A stretch of 35,550 nt of DNA from assembly GCA_902388315.1 (NCBI GenBank), contig CABMPA010000001.1, positions 1-35,550 on the forward strand, read 5' to 3'. Below the pieces are notes generated by a model. That model was not told where the DNA came from and did no database searches. It was given only the letters and a program-made list of their open reading frames with translations. Shown one piece after another: positions 25,153 to 35,411 of this stretch; the first letter of the stretch is position 1; each line of letters opens with the position of its first letter. The translations under genes and the position numbers were made by a program. The DNA comes from an uncultured Megasphaera sp. GTDB lineage: Bacteria; Bacillota; Negativicutes; Veillonellales; Megasphaeraceae.

Positions 25153-25575
25153 TTATTTCAATTTAGCAGCGACGTCTTTGGTGATGTCCTGGGCCTGGCC
25201 GATGACGACGGAGCCCGCGAGGACGACGTAGTCCAGGCCTTTTTCTTTCTGGACGGCCTGGGTCTTAGCGAGGATATCCTTTTCCAAGGGCGAGAACAGG
25301 GCGATGCGCTGCTGGTTCAGTTTCGTGTTGTATTTCTGTACCAATGCCTGCTGAGCAGCCTTATCGTTGGTCTTTTTCAATTCTTTCTGGAAATCCTGCT
25401 GTGCCGATTTCACATCGGACTGCCAGGCAGCCATGGTCTTAGCATACTGCGGATGCTGCTGCAAGAGGGCACCGGCATTGATTGTGCCCAGGCCCGATGC
25501 AAAAGAAGCGCCGGCAGCGCTGAGGGTCAGCATAGCAGCGGCAACGGTAGTCATCATCATTTTACGTAATTTCAT
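25153..25575 (-). CDS. skp: OmpH/Skp periplasmic chaperone, 140 aa
   Basis: Signal peptide; LGTIN...LLQQHP; coiled coil; EKGLDYVV, DITKDV. Confidence 0.85.
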   Translation of the reverse strand: MKLRKMMMTTVAAAMLTLSAAGASFASGLGTINAGALLQQHPQYAKTMAAWQSDVKSAQQDFQKELKKTNDKAAQQALVQKYNTKLNQQRIALFSPLEKDILAKTQAVQKEKGLDYVVLAGSVVIGQAQDITKDVAAKLK

Positions 25576-25591
25576 AGTGGTTTCCTCCTAC

Positions 25592-26179
25592 TTATTCTTC
25601 TACACCTGTCAGTTCCAGACATTCCTTGCGGACGCCGTCTTCACAGGAGCGCATAGCTAAAATCGTCTTTTCAAAGAGATCGTTCAAATCCCAGCCGAGT
25701 GTTTCAGCCCCTTGCTTGATGACATCCCGGGAACAGCCGGCCGCAAAGCGCTTGTCTTTGAATTTCTTTTTGAGGCTCTTGACTTCCATGTCTTTCGTGC
25801 TCTTGGACGGACGCATTTTGGCAGCCGCCCAGATAAGGCCGGTCAATTCATCGGCCGCAAAGAGGACTTTTTCCATCAAGTGCTCCGGTGCCACGTCGAC
25901 ACAGATGCCATAGCCATGGCAGACGACGGCATGGATGAAAGCGTCGTCGGCATCGATTTCTTTCAGCAATTCCGGCGCCTTTTTACAGTGCTGGTCCGGG
26001 TATTTTTCAAAGTCCACATCGTGGAGCAAGCCGACGAGTCCCCAAAAATCGACGGCGTCGCCATAGCCCAGTTCCAGAGCATACCAGCGCATGACGCCTT
26101 CGACAGTCAAGGCATGCATGATGTGGAAGGGTTCTTGATTATATTTCTGCAATAAAGCTAATGCTTTCGATCGTTCCAT
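25592..26179 (-). CDS. HD-domain hydrolase, 195 aa
   Basis: HALTVE, GLLHDVD, AADELTGLI, SLKKKFKDKRFAAGCSR. Confidence 0.88.
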   Translation of the reverse strand: MERSKALALLQKYNQEPFHIMHALTVEGVMRWYALELGYGDAVDFWGLVGLLHDVDFEKYPDQHCKKAPELLKEIDADDAFIHAVVCHGYGICVDVAPEHLMEKVLFAADELTGLIWAAAKMRPSKSTKDMEVKSLKKKFKDKRFAAGCSRDVIKQGAETLGWDLNDLFEKTILAMRSCEDGVRKECLELTGVEE

Positions 26180-26240
26180 GTCACTATCTCCCCCTAGCAA
26201 ATTTCGATTTACCCCATTATAGCATAAAAAACGGGCCTGA

Positions 26241-27404
26241 CTAGTCTTTTTTCACGAAAGGGCCTGCATCGGTCATCAACGAGGCCAGGCGGTTCATGCG
26301 GAAGTCTTCGACGACCTGGATGAAAGGCCGGTAATGGATGGGATTGACGGCAAAGCCAAAGAGATGGGACGGGCAGCTGCAATCGGTACAGCCAAAACCT
26401 TCGATATGCCAATCAGACACGTCATCGACGGCCCGGGCCAGGTCATGTTCCAGGTCATCGGCCGTCCGGATAGGCAGGGCAGCGACGACGTCCGCTTCCT
26501 GGCGCAGGTAATCGATGTGCCAGTGCATCTTCTTGCGCTTGCGGCTGTGGCGGGCCAGGCGGGCAGCCAGGTTCTTCCGGGCTGAACCGGTATAGACGTA
26601 ATAGCCGGCCGGGAAATGGAAGATTCCCTTGGAACCGATGGTGATATCCTTCGTTTCCGCCAGATGAAGGATGAATAAATAATCACCACCATCGTGATTC
26701 TCCCGTTCCAGGATAGCCTGGGGATAGGCCAAAACGCCGGCTGCGCCGGGCCTTGCAAAGGAGCTGTCCCAGTGCAGGGCCAGGGCCTTCCAGTCCAGCT
26801 GCGGCGCCGCTTCATAAAAAGCCTGGGCAAAGGCCGGATCCGTATGGTAGTCCGGCAGGAACCAGCGGGCCCGGTCCCAGTGGACCAGGAACAAGACGCC
26901 TGTATGGATCCCCTGGCGGCTCATGGCGGCTAATTCTAAGATATGCTTGCGGCCCCGTTCGGTGACGGCATCGGGGAACATGGCGCCGTCGCGGCTGAAG
27001 AGAGTACACGATTTGACTTCGACAAAAAATCGTTCTTCGCCCCGCCCCAGGAGCAGGTCGAAACGGCTGTCGCCGACCGTAACTTCCCGGCGGACGAGGT
27101 CCCAGGATTCCCAACCGGGAATAAGATGTTCCCGGACCAGCCAGGCTGCCGTATCATTATTATATTGCGTGTCGAGCAGGATAGGGACGCCATCGCGCTC
27201 GATACCGACGACATCGTAAGCCGTCCGGCGCTTGGGATTGGCTGCCGGCCGGACGTAGACCGTCACGCCGGGAAAGAGCAGTTCCCACATGCGTCCGGGA
27301 TTGGGCATATGGCAGGTCACGACCTCCCCGTCCAAATCAATATGAGCGATAAAGCGATTGGGCCTGTCGACAAAGGCCCCCTTGCGGATAGAAAACATTT
27401 CCAT
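26241..27404 (-). CDS. sfsA: SfsA nuclease-fold protein fused to DUF123/GIY-YIG domain, 387 aa
   Basis: RPNRF, HMPNPGRM.EL, RFD..L...FVEVKSCTL, FPDAVTERGRKH; then G.Y.FIL..GYYVYTGSA..RLARH..HWHIDYL..GFGCTDCSCPSHLF. Confidence 0.9.
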   Translation of the reverse strand: MEMFSIRKGAFVDRPNRFIAHIDLDGEVVTCHMPNPGRMWELLFPGVTVYVRPAANPKRRTAYDVVGIERDGVPILLDTQYNNDTAAWLVREHLIPGWESWDLVRREVTVGDSRFDLLLGRGEERFFVEVKSCTLFSRDGAMFPDAVTERGRKHILELAAMSRQGIHTGVLFLVHWDRARWFLPDYHTDPAFAQAFYEAAPQLDWKALALHWDSSFARPGAAGVLAYPQAILERENHDGGDYLFILHLAETKDITIGSKGIFHFPAGYYVYTGSARKNLAARLARHSRKRKKMHWHIDYLRQEADVVAALPIRTADDLEHDLARAVDDVSDWHIEGFGCTDCSCPSHLFGFAVNPIHYRPFIQVVEDFRMNRLASLMTDAGPFVKKD

Positions 27405-27422
27405 AGCGTTCTCCTGTCTGTG

Positions 27423-27645
27423 AAAAAGAGGCTGTCGCATTAAGACAGCCTCTTTTTTCGTTTGAAGTTGAAAGTTTGATGTTTGATGTGGATGGTTTTA
27501 AATTTAAAGCTGTCACTTCAAACCTCATACATCAAACCTCAAACATTAAAGAAAAAGGAACCTTGCATGATAACAGAAGCCTTCGTGCGACAGCCCCTGC
27601 GACCTGCGGCCTGCGAACTGCGGCCTGCGGGACGCTCCGCGTCCC
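27423..27645 (+). repeat. Composite repeat A, variant B, C, CCTGCGG heptamer array and small hairpin
   Basis: A 27423-27458; B' 27460-27544 (GTTTGAT-type units / ATCAAAC-type units); C 27552-27597; 5 heptamers 27596-27630; GGGACGC-tcc-GCGTCCC. Confidence 0.9.
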
Positions 27646-28485
27646 TTAATCCTCCAGCCATTCACCGGTGAAGGTGACGGCTGCCGGACCGGTCATGTAG
27701 ACGTTGCCGTCTTGTTCATTGTATTCGATGTGCAGCGTACCTAAGTAGAGCTGTACGTCGACGCTGCGGCCGGTGAAGCCGTTCATGAAAGAACCAACGG
27801 CACAGGCACAGGAACCCGTCCCGCAGGCCAGGGTAGCACCGGCACCGCGTTCCCATGTATGGACCTTAATCGTATGGTCGTCGATGACCTGGACGAAGTT
27901 CATATTAGTCTTACGCGGGAAGGCCTTATAGGTTTCAAATTTCGGGCCTAATTCATGGAGATCGACGGCGTCGACATCTTTGACATAGGTCATGGTATGG
28001 GGGACACCCATGAGCAGGCTGGTAATCTTGTAGGTCTTGCCGTCGATTTCGATGGGTTCATCGACGACAGGCCCTTCCGGCCCTTCCATGGGAATCTGGG
28101 CACGGTCCGTAAAGGGCTTGCCCATGTTGATGGTGACCAGGCTGACCTTGCCGTCCTCGCCGACAGTGACTTTCGGTTTCATGATACCTGCCAGGGTTTC
28201 AACGGCAAATTCCTTCTTGTCGATGATGCCGTTGTCGTAGACGTATTTAGCAAAGCAGCGGATGCCGTTACCGCACATTTCAGCTTCACTGCCATCGGCA
28301 TTGATGATGCGCATGCGGACGTCGGCTTTATCACTCGGTACGATGACGATGATGCCATCGGCACCGATGCCCGTGTGAGGTGCACACATCTTGACGGCCA
28401 GCTGGGAAAAATCCTTATCAGCGCCGTTTTTATCTTCCAAAAAGACGAAATCATTGCCTAAGCCGTGCATTTTTACGAATTTCAT
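27646..28485 (-). CDS. dapF: Diaminopimelate epimerase, 279 aa
   Basis: MKFVKMHGLGNDF, GIGADG, NADGSEAEMCGNGIRC, WERGAGATLACGTGSCA. Confidence 0.97.
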   Translation of the reverse strand: MKFVKMHGLGNDFVFLEDKNGADKDFSQLAVKMCAPHTGIGADGIIVIVPSDKADVRMRIINADGSEAEMCGNGIRCFAKYVYDNGIIDKKEFAVETLAGIMKPKVTVGEDGKVSLVTINMGKPFTDRAQIPMEGPEGPVVDEPIEIDGKTYKITSLLMGVPHTMTYVKDVDAVDLHELGPKFETYKAFPRKTNMNFVQVIDDHTIKVHTWERGAGATLACGTGSCACAVGSFMNGFTGRSVDVQLYLGTLHIEYNEQDGNVYMTGPAAVTFTGEWLED

Positions 28486-28645
28486 AGTTGAACCCTCCAT
28501 AAAAAACTATCTATATTTAACATCAATTAATTCCTTGAATCCTTACAGTTGTTATTATACAATAGCGGAAAGTGGCAAATATATGTAAATAATGCTATTT
28601 ATATTGCAAATCCTGTTATAAGGTATCGAGAGAGGCGACACAGCT

Positions 28646-29488
28646 ATGGCGCAAAAAACTGGTTATTTAGCGGAAAAACTCAAACTCTTCCATCTATCGG
28701 ACAAGCGGCAGTGGACCTGCCCCTATCATTACCATGACTTCGACAAGATCACCCTCTTTTTCCGGGGCCATGTATCGTATGACGTCGAAGGGACGGCATA
28801 TGACTTGCAGCCCTTCGACATCGTCGTCATTCCGGCCGGCAGGATCCACCGCCCCATCATCTATGGAGATGCCGTCTACGAACGCATCATCGCCTATATT
28901 TCCCCGGCCTATCTGAAAGGGTATGAACACCGCGGCTGTCCGGCCGGGCAGATATTCACGCGAAAAAACGCTCCCATCCTGCGCCAGCCCCAGGAAGCCG
29001 ACAATTTGTACAACGTATCGTGCCGCCTGCGCCGGGCCTGGTCCGAAAGGGGCCCGGAAAGCCCGCTCTTACAGGAAACGCTGTTTACGGAGTTCATGAT
29101 CCACCTGACCCGAGCCCTGCAGAAAGACAAGCTCCACGTCGTCCAAAAAGGGCACCAGAATGAGAAGATACGACGCATCCTGGCTTATATCGAGGCCAAC
29201 CTGAGCGGCAACCTGTCCATTTCCAGTCTGGCCGCTGCCTTTTTCATGAGCCCGGACTACCTCATGCACCTCTTCAAGGCCGAGACAGGCATGACAGCCG
29301 CCAGCTACATTACGACGAAACGGCTGCAAAAAGCCCGCCACCTCATGCAGGAGGGGCGGGCTCTGACGGAAATCTGCTACGATTGCGGATTCACCAATTA
29401 TTCAACATTCTACCGGGCCTGGAAAAATCACTACCACACATCCCCCAAAGAGGGAATCCGCGCTTTTCCCGATACCTTCGACGAATAA
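28646..29488 (+). CDS. AraC family transcriptional regulator, 280 aa
   Basis: Cupin HYHDFDKI; C-terminal YL.HLFK.ETG, RLQKA..L, CGFTNYSTFYRA. Confidence 0.92.
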   Translation: MAQKTGYLAEKLKLFHLSDKRQWTCPYHYHDFDKITLFFRGHVSYDVEGTAYDLQPFDIVVIPAGRIHRPIIYGDAVYERIIAYISPAYLKGYEHRGCPAGQIFTRKNAPILRQPQEADNLYNVSCRLRRAWSERGPESPLLQETLFTEFMIHLTRALQKDKLHVVQKGHQNEKIRRILAYIEANLSGNLSISSLAAAFFMSPDYLMHLFKAETGMTAASYITTKRLQKARHLMQEGRALTEICYDCGFTNYSTFYRAWKNHYHTSPKEGIRAFPDTFDE

Positions 29489-29489
29489 C

Positions 29490-31772
29490 TCAGCGGTTCT
29501 TATTGTAATTGATGAGGCAGCCGGCTTTGACGATTTTCTTTTCATCGTCCGTCATAGGCGCGATGTACAGCGACAATTCGCGCAGGTCCTTGCCGACGAC
29601 ATAAGCCTTGATGGCTTTCATGTCGCCGTCGAGGGCTTTTTTGATGTCCGGCACGTAGATGTAATCGCCGATTTCAAAATCCGGCTGGCCTTCCATCTGG
29701 AAGGGCAGCATGCCCCAGTTGATGACGTTGGAACGATAGCGCTTGGTCGCATATTCCTGGCAGATATTGGCCAGGCCGCCGAGGACGCGCTGACAGCTGG
29801 CGGCTTGTTCACGGGCCGAACCATCGCCCGGTTTAATGCAGTAAATCATGCTGCCGATTTCTACATCCTTCATGGAAACGTCGCCAAAGTGAGCGCGCAG
29901 GACGGCGAAGACGTCTTTCAGGGCCGGGTCGACGCCAGCCGGGCAGTCACCGGCCAGGCGGGCCCGTTCTACTTTGTCGACGGCTTTGGCACGGCCGACG
30001 TATTCCGGATCGCGGCGGGACAAAGTGAATTCAGCCAGGCCCAGGGGATTGGAGCGGTACGACGACGTTTCACCGGACGGAATGAGTTCGTCTGTCGTCG
30101 TAACCGGATCGAGAATTTTCGAGCAGACCTTGAGCAGGACCGAATCGGCCAGGGGTTCCATTTCCGGCCAATCCTTGATGTTCGGACCGTAAACCAGGGA
30201 AGCCTTTTCATCGGCCTGGCCGAAGCCCTGGTAGACGCGGGTTGCATAGGGCTGGTCATCGTAATCATAAGGCGCTTCGACATAATCGTCCATATAGCCT
30301 TCGGCCGAGGTCAGGACGCCGCCGTTGGCTGCTGTCGCGGCGATGGAACGGGCATCCATGAGGGCCACCGAAGCGAACTGGCCATTGCCCGGTTTCGAGC
30401 CTTCGCGGTTGGGGAAATTACGCGTCGTATGGCGGATACTGAAGGCATTGTTAGCCGGCGTATCGCCAGCGCCAAAGCAGGGACCGCAGAAAGCCGTCTT
30501 GAAGATGGCCCCCGCTTCCAGGAGCGATGCGACGGCGCCTTTGCGGACCAGGTCGAGGTAGACCGGCTGCGATGATGGGTAGACGTCCAGAGTAAAGTTG
30601 CCATTGCCGCAGGAAGCCTGCTTGAGGATGTGGGCAGCGGCCATGACATTGCTGTAGTTGCCGCCAGCACAGCCGGCGATGACGCCCTGCTGGACCTGGA
30701 GTTTGCCGTTCTTGATTTTATCGGTCAGGCTGTATTTCAAATCCTTATTGCTCATGCGGCCGTTGATGGCTTCTTCCGTTTCATGGAGGATGTCTTCCAG
30801 GTTATCGTTGAGCTCATCAATGGTAAAGGCATTGCTGGGGTGCATGGGCATGGCGATCATCGGCTTGATGGTGCTTAAATCAATATAAATCATGCCGTCA
30901 TAATAGGCGACGTCGGCCGGATTCAATTCCTTATAAGCATCACCGCGGCCGTGCTGGGTCAGATAGGCCCTGGTATCGTCGTCCGTCCGCCATACCGACG
31001 ACAGACAGGTCGTTTCCGTCGTCATGACATCGACGCTGTTTCGGTAATCCGTCGTCATCGAAGCGACGCCAGGGCCGACGAATTCCATGACCTTATTCTT
31101 GACATAGCCGTTCTTGAAGACAGCGCCGACGATGGCGATGGCAATGTCGTGCGGACCGACGGCGGGACTCGGTTTGCCCGTCAGATAGACGCCGACGACA
31201 CCGGGATAGGCGATATCATAGGTATCGCACAGGAGCTGTTTGACCAGTTCGCCGCCGCCTTCACCGACGGCCATGGTCCCCAGTGCGCCATAACGGGTAT
31301 GGCTGTCGGAGCCGATGATCATACGGCCGCAGCCGGCCATCTTTTCACGCATGTACTGATGGATGACGGCGACGTGGGGCGGAACGAAGATACCGCCGTA
31401 TTTCTTGGCTGCCGACAAGCCGAAGACGTGGTCGTCTTCATTGATGGTGCCACCGACGGCACAGAGTGAATTATGGCAGTTCGTCAGCACATAGGGAAGG
31501 GGAAATTTTTCCATTCCCGATGCCTTAGCCGTCTGGATGATGCCGACAAAGGTAATGTCATGAGAAGCCATGGCATCGAACTTGATTTTCAAGTGGTCCA
31601 TGGACTCTGATGTATTATGATTTTTTAAGATAGAATAGGCGATCGTCCCTTTCCGCCCTTCTTCTTTCGAAATAGTCTTGCCTGTGAGCTGTCTGAGTTT
31701 GGCCACATCCTGTTCCGGTACGATATCCTTCCCGTTAACGAGGTATGCACCTCCATCATATAACTGAATCAT
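29490..31772 (-). CDS. Aconitase-family hydratase (YbhJ-like), probable aconitate hydratase, 760 aa
   Basis: [54 protein letters not shown]; divergent from citrate synthase/IDH. Confidence 0.9.
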   Translation of the reverse strand: MIQLYDGGAYLVNGKDIVPEQDVAKLRQLTGKTISKEEGRKGTIAYSILKNHNTSESMDHLKIKFDAMASHDITFVGIIQTAKASGMEKFPLPYVLTNCHNSLCAVGGTINEDDHVFGLSAAKKYGGIFVPPHVAVIHQYMREKMAGCGRMIIGSDSHTRYGALGTMAVGEGGGELVKQLLCDTYDIAYPGVVGVYLTGKPSPAVGPHDIAIAIVGAVFKNGYVKNKVMEFVGPGVASMTTDYRNSVDVMTTETTCLSSVWRTDDDTRAYLTQHGRGDAYKELNPADVAYYDGMIYIDLSTIKPMIAMPMHPSNAFTIDELNDNLEDILHETEEAINGRMSNKDLKYSLTDKIKNGKLQVQQGVIAGCAGGNYSNVMAAAHILKQASCGNGNFTLDVYPSSQPVYLDLVRKGAVASLLEAGAIFKTAFCGPCFGAGDTPANNAFSIRHTTRNFPNREGSKPGNGQFASVALMDARSIAATAANGGVLTSAEGYMDDYVEAPYDYDDQPYATRVYQGFGQADEKASLVYGPNIKDWPEMEPLADSVLLKVCSKILDPVTTTDELIPSGETSSYRSNPLGLAEFTLSRRDPEYVGRAKAVDKVERARLAGDCPAGVDPALKDVFAVLRAHFGDVSMKDVEIGSMIYCIKPGDGSAREQAASCQRVLGGLANICQEYATKRYRSNVINWGMLPFQMEGQPDFEIGDYIYVPDIKKALDGDMKAIKAYVVGKDLRELSLYIAPMTDDEKKIVKAGCLINYNKNR

Positions 31773-31787
31773 TCCAAGCCCTCCTTT

Positions 31788-31878
31788 GTCATCGCCTGGG
31801 CGATGGCTTTTCTCATCGTGAAAATATCGCAATTCATTTTCACAATATAAAATTTTAAGCATTTCAATAAATATTATA
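31788..31878 (-). promoter_or_regulatory. Aconitase -10 and two inverted repeats in the leader
   Basis: TATAAT at 31873-31878; GTGAAAAT-N10-ATTTTCAC at 31818-31843; CATCGC/GCGATG hairpin at 31788-31807 next to AAAGGAGG. Confidence 0.45.
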
Positions 31879-32091
31879 TCATAATTAAAACGGCCGTGGC
31901 TACCCTTAAAACGTTTTACACTTTACGCGATTTTCATTTTACTTTCTCCATAATTATGCTATAATAACTTATACTTTGCAGGAATATGTTAAAAATTATT
32001 CCCAAAATAAAATTTATGAATATTCGTGGATAGCCGATATTTTATAAGTTATTCTCCCATATTCATACTTGCAGGAAAGAGAGGAATCACA

Positions 32092-33435
32092 TTGGACAAA
32101 AATATTTATTTAGCCCAGTTTTACGGCAAGTCACAAAACTACACACAGATTCCCCGCGAATGGTTCTCCAAGTACGGCGTAAAGCGCGGCCTGCGCAATG
32201 AAGATCACACTGGCGTCCTCGTCGGCCTGACCCGCATTGCCGATGTCGTCGGCTATCAGCGCGACGACAAAGGCCAAAAAGTCGACTGCGACGGCGTCTT
32301 GTACTATCGCGGCATCGACATTCGCGAGCTGGCTAAAGTGGAAAATTATCGAGGCTATTTATACGAAGAAGCCAGCTTTCTCCTCCTCTTCGGCTACTTG
32401 CCGACAGAAGATGAATTGAATGCCTTCTGCAAGGTCTTACAAAATGGCTACGACCTGCCGGACGACTTCCTGGAAATGAACCTCCTGCGACTGCCCGGCA
32501 AGAACCTGATGAACAAATTGCAGCACGCCCTGCTGACACTCTATAACTATGACCCCGACCCGGATAACACCGACGTCTACCAGACGCTCCGCAAGGGCTT
32601 GAACATCATGAGCAAGCTGCCTTCCATCGCAGTCTACGCTTATATGTCCAAGGTCCATTATTATAACCGCAAGAGCCTGGTCATCCACTATCCCCGTAAG
32701 GACTATTCGACGGCAGAAAATATTCTGTCCATGCTGCGGCCGGACAGCAAATTCACGCCAAAAGAAGCGCAGCTCCTGGATCTCCTCTTGTTCCTCCACG
32801 CTGACCACGGCGGCGGCACGAACTCGACGTTCACCAATATCGTCGTCTCGTCGACGGATACGGACATCTATTCCAGTATGGCCAGCTCTGTCGGCGCCCT
32901 CAAGGGCCCGCGCCATGGCGGTGCCAATATCCGCGTCTCCCTGATGATGGAACAGGTCATCGATGCCATCGGCATCAAGGCCACGGACGAACAGATTGTC
33001 GACGTCATCCACCAGATTCTCAACAAGAAGTTCAAAGGCAGCCACGATGGCCTGGTCTATGGTTTCGGCCACGCCGTCTACACCTTATCGGACCCGCGCG
33101 CCGAAATCATGCGCCATTACTGCGGCATCCTGGCCAAGGAAAAGGGCATGACCGACGTCTTCCGCTTCTACAACCGCTTTGAAAAACTGGCCATGAAGAC
33201 CTTGAAAGAAGAAAAGGGCGTCAATATGTGCAGCAATGTCGATTATTACAGCGGCTTCGCCTACAACATGCTGGGCATCCCGCGCGACCTCTACACGCCG
33301 CTCTTCGTCATCAGCCGTATGGTCGGCTGGCTGGCCCATAATATCGAACACAAACTCTATGATAACCGCATCGTCCGCCCGGCAGCAAAATACGTCGGCG
33401 ACCTCATGGATTATATTCCCAGAAAGGACAGATAG
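32092..33435 (+). CDS. gltA: Si-type citrate synthase, 447 aa
   Basis: LYYRGIDI, ADHGGGTNSTF, GPRHGGAN, YGFGHAVY...DPRA, NVDYYSG; TTG after GAGAGGA. Confidence 0.93.
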   Translation: MDKNIYLAQFYGKSQNYTQIPREWFSKYGVKRGLRNEDHTGVLVGLTRIADVVGYQRDDKGQKVDCDGVLYYRGIDIRELAKVENYRGYLYEEASFLLLFGYLPTEDELNAFCKVLQNGYDLPDDFLEMNLLRLPGKNLMNKLQHALLTLYNYDPDPDNTDVYQTLRKGLNIMSKLPSIAVYAYMSKVHYYNRKSLVIHYPRKDYSTAENILSMLRPDSKFTPKEAQLLDLLLFLHADHGGGTNSTFTNIVVSSTDTDIYSSMASSVGALKGPRHGGANIRVSLMMEQVIDAIGIKATDEQIVDVIHQILNKKFKGSHDGLVYGFGHAVYTLSDPRAEIMRHYCGILAKEKGMTDVFRFYNRFEKLAMKTLKEEKGVNMCSNVDYYSGFAYNMLGIPRDLYTPLFVISRMVGWLAHNIEHKLYDNRIVRPAAKYVGDLMDYIPRKDR

Positions 33436-33438
33436 AAC

Positions 33439-34434
33439 ATGAAGACAATCACTGTATTCAAAGGCGATGGCATCGGTCCGGAAATCACCGACGCTGTCCT
33501 GCAGATTCTCGATGCCGCCAAGGCTCCCCTGACTTATGAATGTTTCAACGTCGGCGCTGCCGAATATGAACGCCATGGTGCCCTCATCCCGGACGACGCT
33601 TTCGCCTCTTTTGAAAAGACCCGTCTGTTATTGAAATCGCCGATTACGACCCCCATCGGCAAAGGGTTCCGTTCGCTCAACGTCACGCTGCGCAATAAAT
33701 ATGATCTCTACGCCAATATCCGTCCGGCAAAATCGAACACAGCCGTCAAGACGCCCTTTCCCAACGTCGATATCGTCACCTTCCGGGAAAATACAGAAGA
33801 CCTGTACATTGGCGTAGAATACAAGATGAACGAAGACACAGTCCACGCCATCAAACTCATCACCCGCAAGGCCAGTGAACGCATCATCCGGGCAGCCTTC
33901 GACTATGCCGTAGCCCACGGCCGCAAAAAGGTCACCTGCGTCCATAAGGCCAACATCCTCAAGATGAGCGATGGCTTATTCCTCGATATTTTCCACACCA
34001 TCGCCAAAGACTACCCGCAGATCGAAAGCGACGACAAAATCGTCGACAACACGTGCATGCAGATGGTCATGCGGCCGGAACAGTTCGACATCATCGTCAC
34101 GCCGAACCTCTATGGCGACATCCTGTCCGACCTGACCAGCGGCCTCATCGGCGGCCTGGGCCTGCTGCCTTCCATGAATATCGGCGACGACTACGCCATG
34201 TTCGAAGCCGTCCACGGCAGTGCCCCGGATATCGCCGGCAAACACATCGCCAACCCGACAGCCCTCTTGTGGTCGGCCTGCATGCTCCTGGAATACATCG
34301 GAGAAACAGCTATCGCCGCCAAGATACGCAAGGCCGTCGACGAAGTATTAGCCGAAAAGCAGCACCTGACCCCCGACCTGGGCGGCAGCGCCACGACGGA
34401 AGAATACCGCGACGCCGTTATTGCTAAACTGTAA
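33439..34434 (+). CDS. icd: Isocitrate/isopropylmalate dehydrogenase family, probable NAD-dependent IDH, 331 aa
   Basis: GDGIGPEI, PITTP.G.GFRSLNVTLR, RENTEDLY, HKANI, NLYGDILSD, FEAVHGSAPDIAG; follows gltA. Confidence 0.88.
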   Translation: MKTITVFKGDGIGPEITDAVLQILDAAKAPLTYECFNVGAAEYERHGALIPDDAFASFEKTRLLLKSPITTPIGKGFRSLNVTLRNKYDLYANIRPAKSNTAVKTPFPNVDIVTFRENTEDLYIGVEYKMNEDTVHAIKLITRKASERIIRAAFDYAVAHGRKKVTCVHKANILKMSDGLFLDIFHTIAKDYPQIESDDKIVDNTCMQMVMRPEQFDIIVTPNLYGDILSDLTSGLIGGLGLLPSMNIGDDYAMFEAVHGSAPDIAGKHIANPTALLWSACMLLEYIGETAIAAKIRKAVDEVLAEKQHLTPDLGGSATTEEYRDAVIAKL

Positions 34435-34451
34435 GTCTAAGGAGGCATCCC

Positions 34452-35411
34452 ATGAAGATTACCGTCTTAGGCTGCGGCCGCTGGGGCAGTTTCCACGCCT
34501 GGTATGCCGACCACATCGGCCACGACGTCACCTTGTGGGGCCGACCCGGTTCGCAACACTTACAGGAACTCGTAAAGACCCGGCAAAATGAATACCTGCG
34601 ACTGCCCGATTCCATCACCTTGACCTCTGATTTGACGGCAGCCCTGGCGGCAGCCGATATCTGCATCATCTCCATCAGCGCTCAGCAGCTGCGCCGCTTC
34701 ACCCATCAACTGAAAGAAGCCGGTTTCGCCCCGGCCCTGCCCTTCGTCCTGGCCATGAAGGGCCTGGAAGAAGGAAGCGGCAAGCGGTTGACGACAGTCA
34801 TGGCCGAAGAACTTGGGGCATCAGTACGAACGGCCGTCTGGGTCGGGCCAGGTCACGTACAGGATTTCATCAGCGGCATGCCGAACTGCATGGTCATCGC
34901 CTCGGCCGATGATGCCTTGACCCACTTCTTAGTCGATACCTTCACGAGTCCCCTCATCCGCTTCTATTACGGCCAGGACCTGTTGGGCATCGAAATCGGC
35001 GCAGCTGCCAAGAACGTCATGGGCATCGCCGCCGGGATGCTCGACGGCGCTCACCTGACCAGCCTGAAAGGGGCCCTCATGGCCCGCGGCGCCCATGAAC
35101 TGTCGGTCTTAGTCGAGGCCATGGGCGGACAGGCCATGACCGTCTATGGCCTGAGCCACCTCGGTGACTACGAAGCGACCCTCTTCTCGCCGCACAGCAA
35201 TAACCGCCGCTTCGGTCAGGACTTCATCGAAGGAAAACCCTTCAAAAAATTGGCCGAAGGCGTCAGCACGACAGAGGCGCTCCTCGATTTATCCCGAAAC
35301 TATAGCGTAGAACTGCCCATTACGGCAGCCGTCCACGCCATCATAAAAGAAAAAAAGGACCCCCACGAGGTCCTGAAAAATCTATTTCTCCGTTCCACTA
35401 AGAGCGAATAA
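34452..35411 (+). CDS. gpsA: NAD(P)H-dependent glycerol-3-phosphate dehydrogenase, 319 aa
   Basis: GCGRWG Rossmann, KGLE, EIGAAAKNV.GIAAG, YGLSHLGD..AT, N.RFG, AEGV. Confidence 0.9.
   Translation: MKITVLGCGRWGSFHAWYADHIGHDVTLWGRPGSQHLQELVKTRQNEYLRLPDSITLTSDLTAALAAADICIISISAQQLRRFTHQLKEAGFAPALPFVLAMKGLEEGSGKRLTTVMAEELGASVRTAVWVGPGHVQDFISGMPNCMVIASADDALTHFLVDTFTSPLIRFYYGQDLLGIEIGAAAKNVMGIAAGMLDGAHLTSLKGALMARGAHELSVLVEAMGGQAMTVYGLSHLGDYEATLFSPHSNNRRFGQDFIEGKPFKKLAEGVSTTEALLDLSRNYSVELPITAAVHAIIKEKKDPHEVLKNLFLRSTKSE

Noticed and set aside
25090..25569. ORFs starting in or crossing repeat elements (also 11061-11393, 27483-27671, 27337-27528, 9788-10090)
   Set aside because: Translations of repeats and antisense frames; no RBS and no frame conservation between repeat copies
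29486..29492. AraC and aconitase stops 1 nt apart with no terminator, as antisense regulation
   Set aside because: Tight convergent packing is common; no further evidence
31773..31862. Longer N-termini in the ORF track (aconitase, pct, dnaX, ompA, marR, gtrA, sfsA, bofA, gltA, dapF)
   Set aside because: Downstream starts have better RBS spacing and family-typical N-termini
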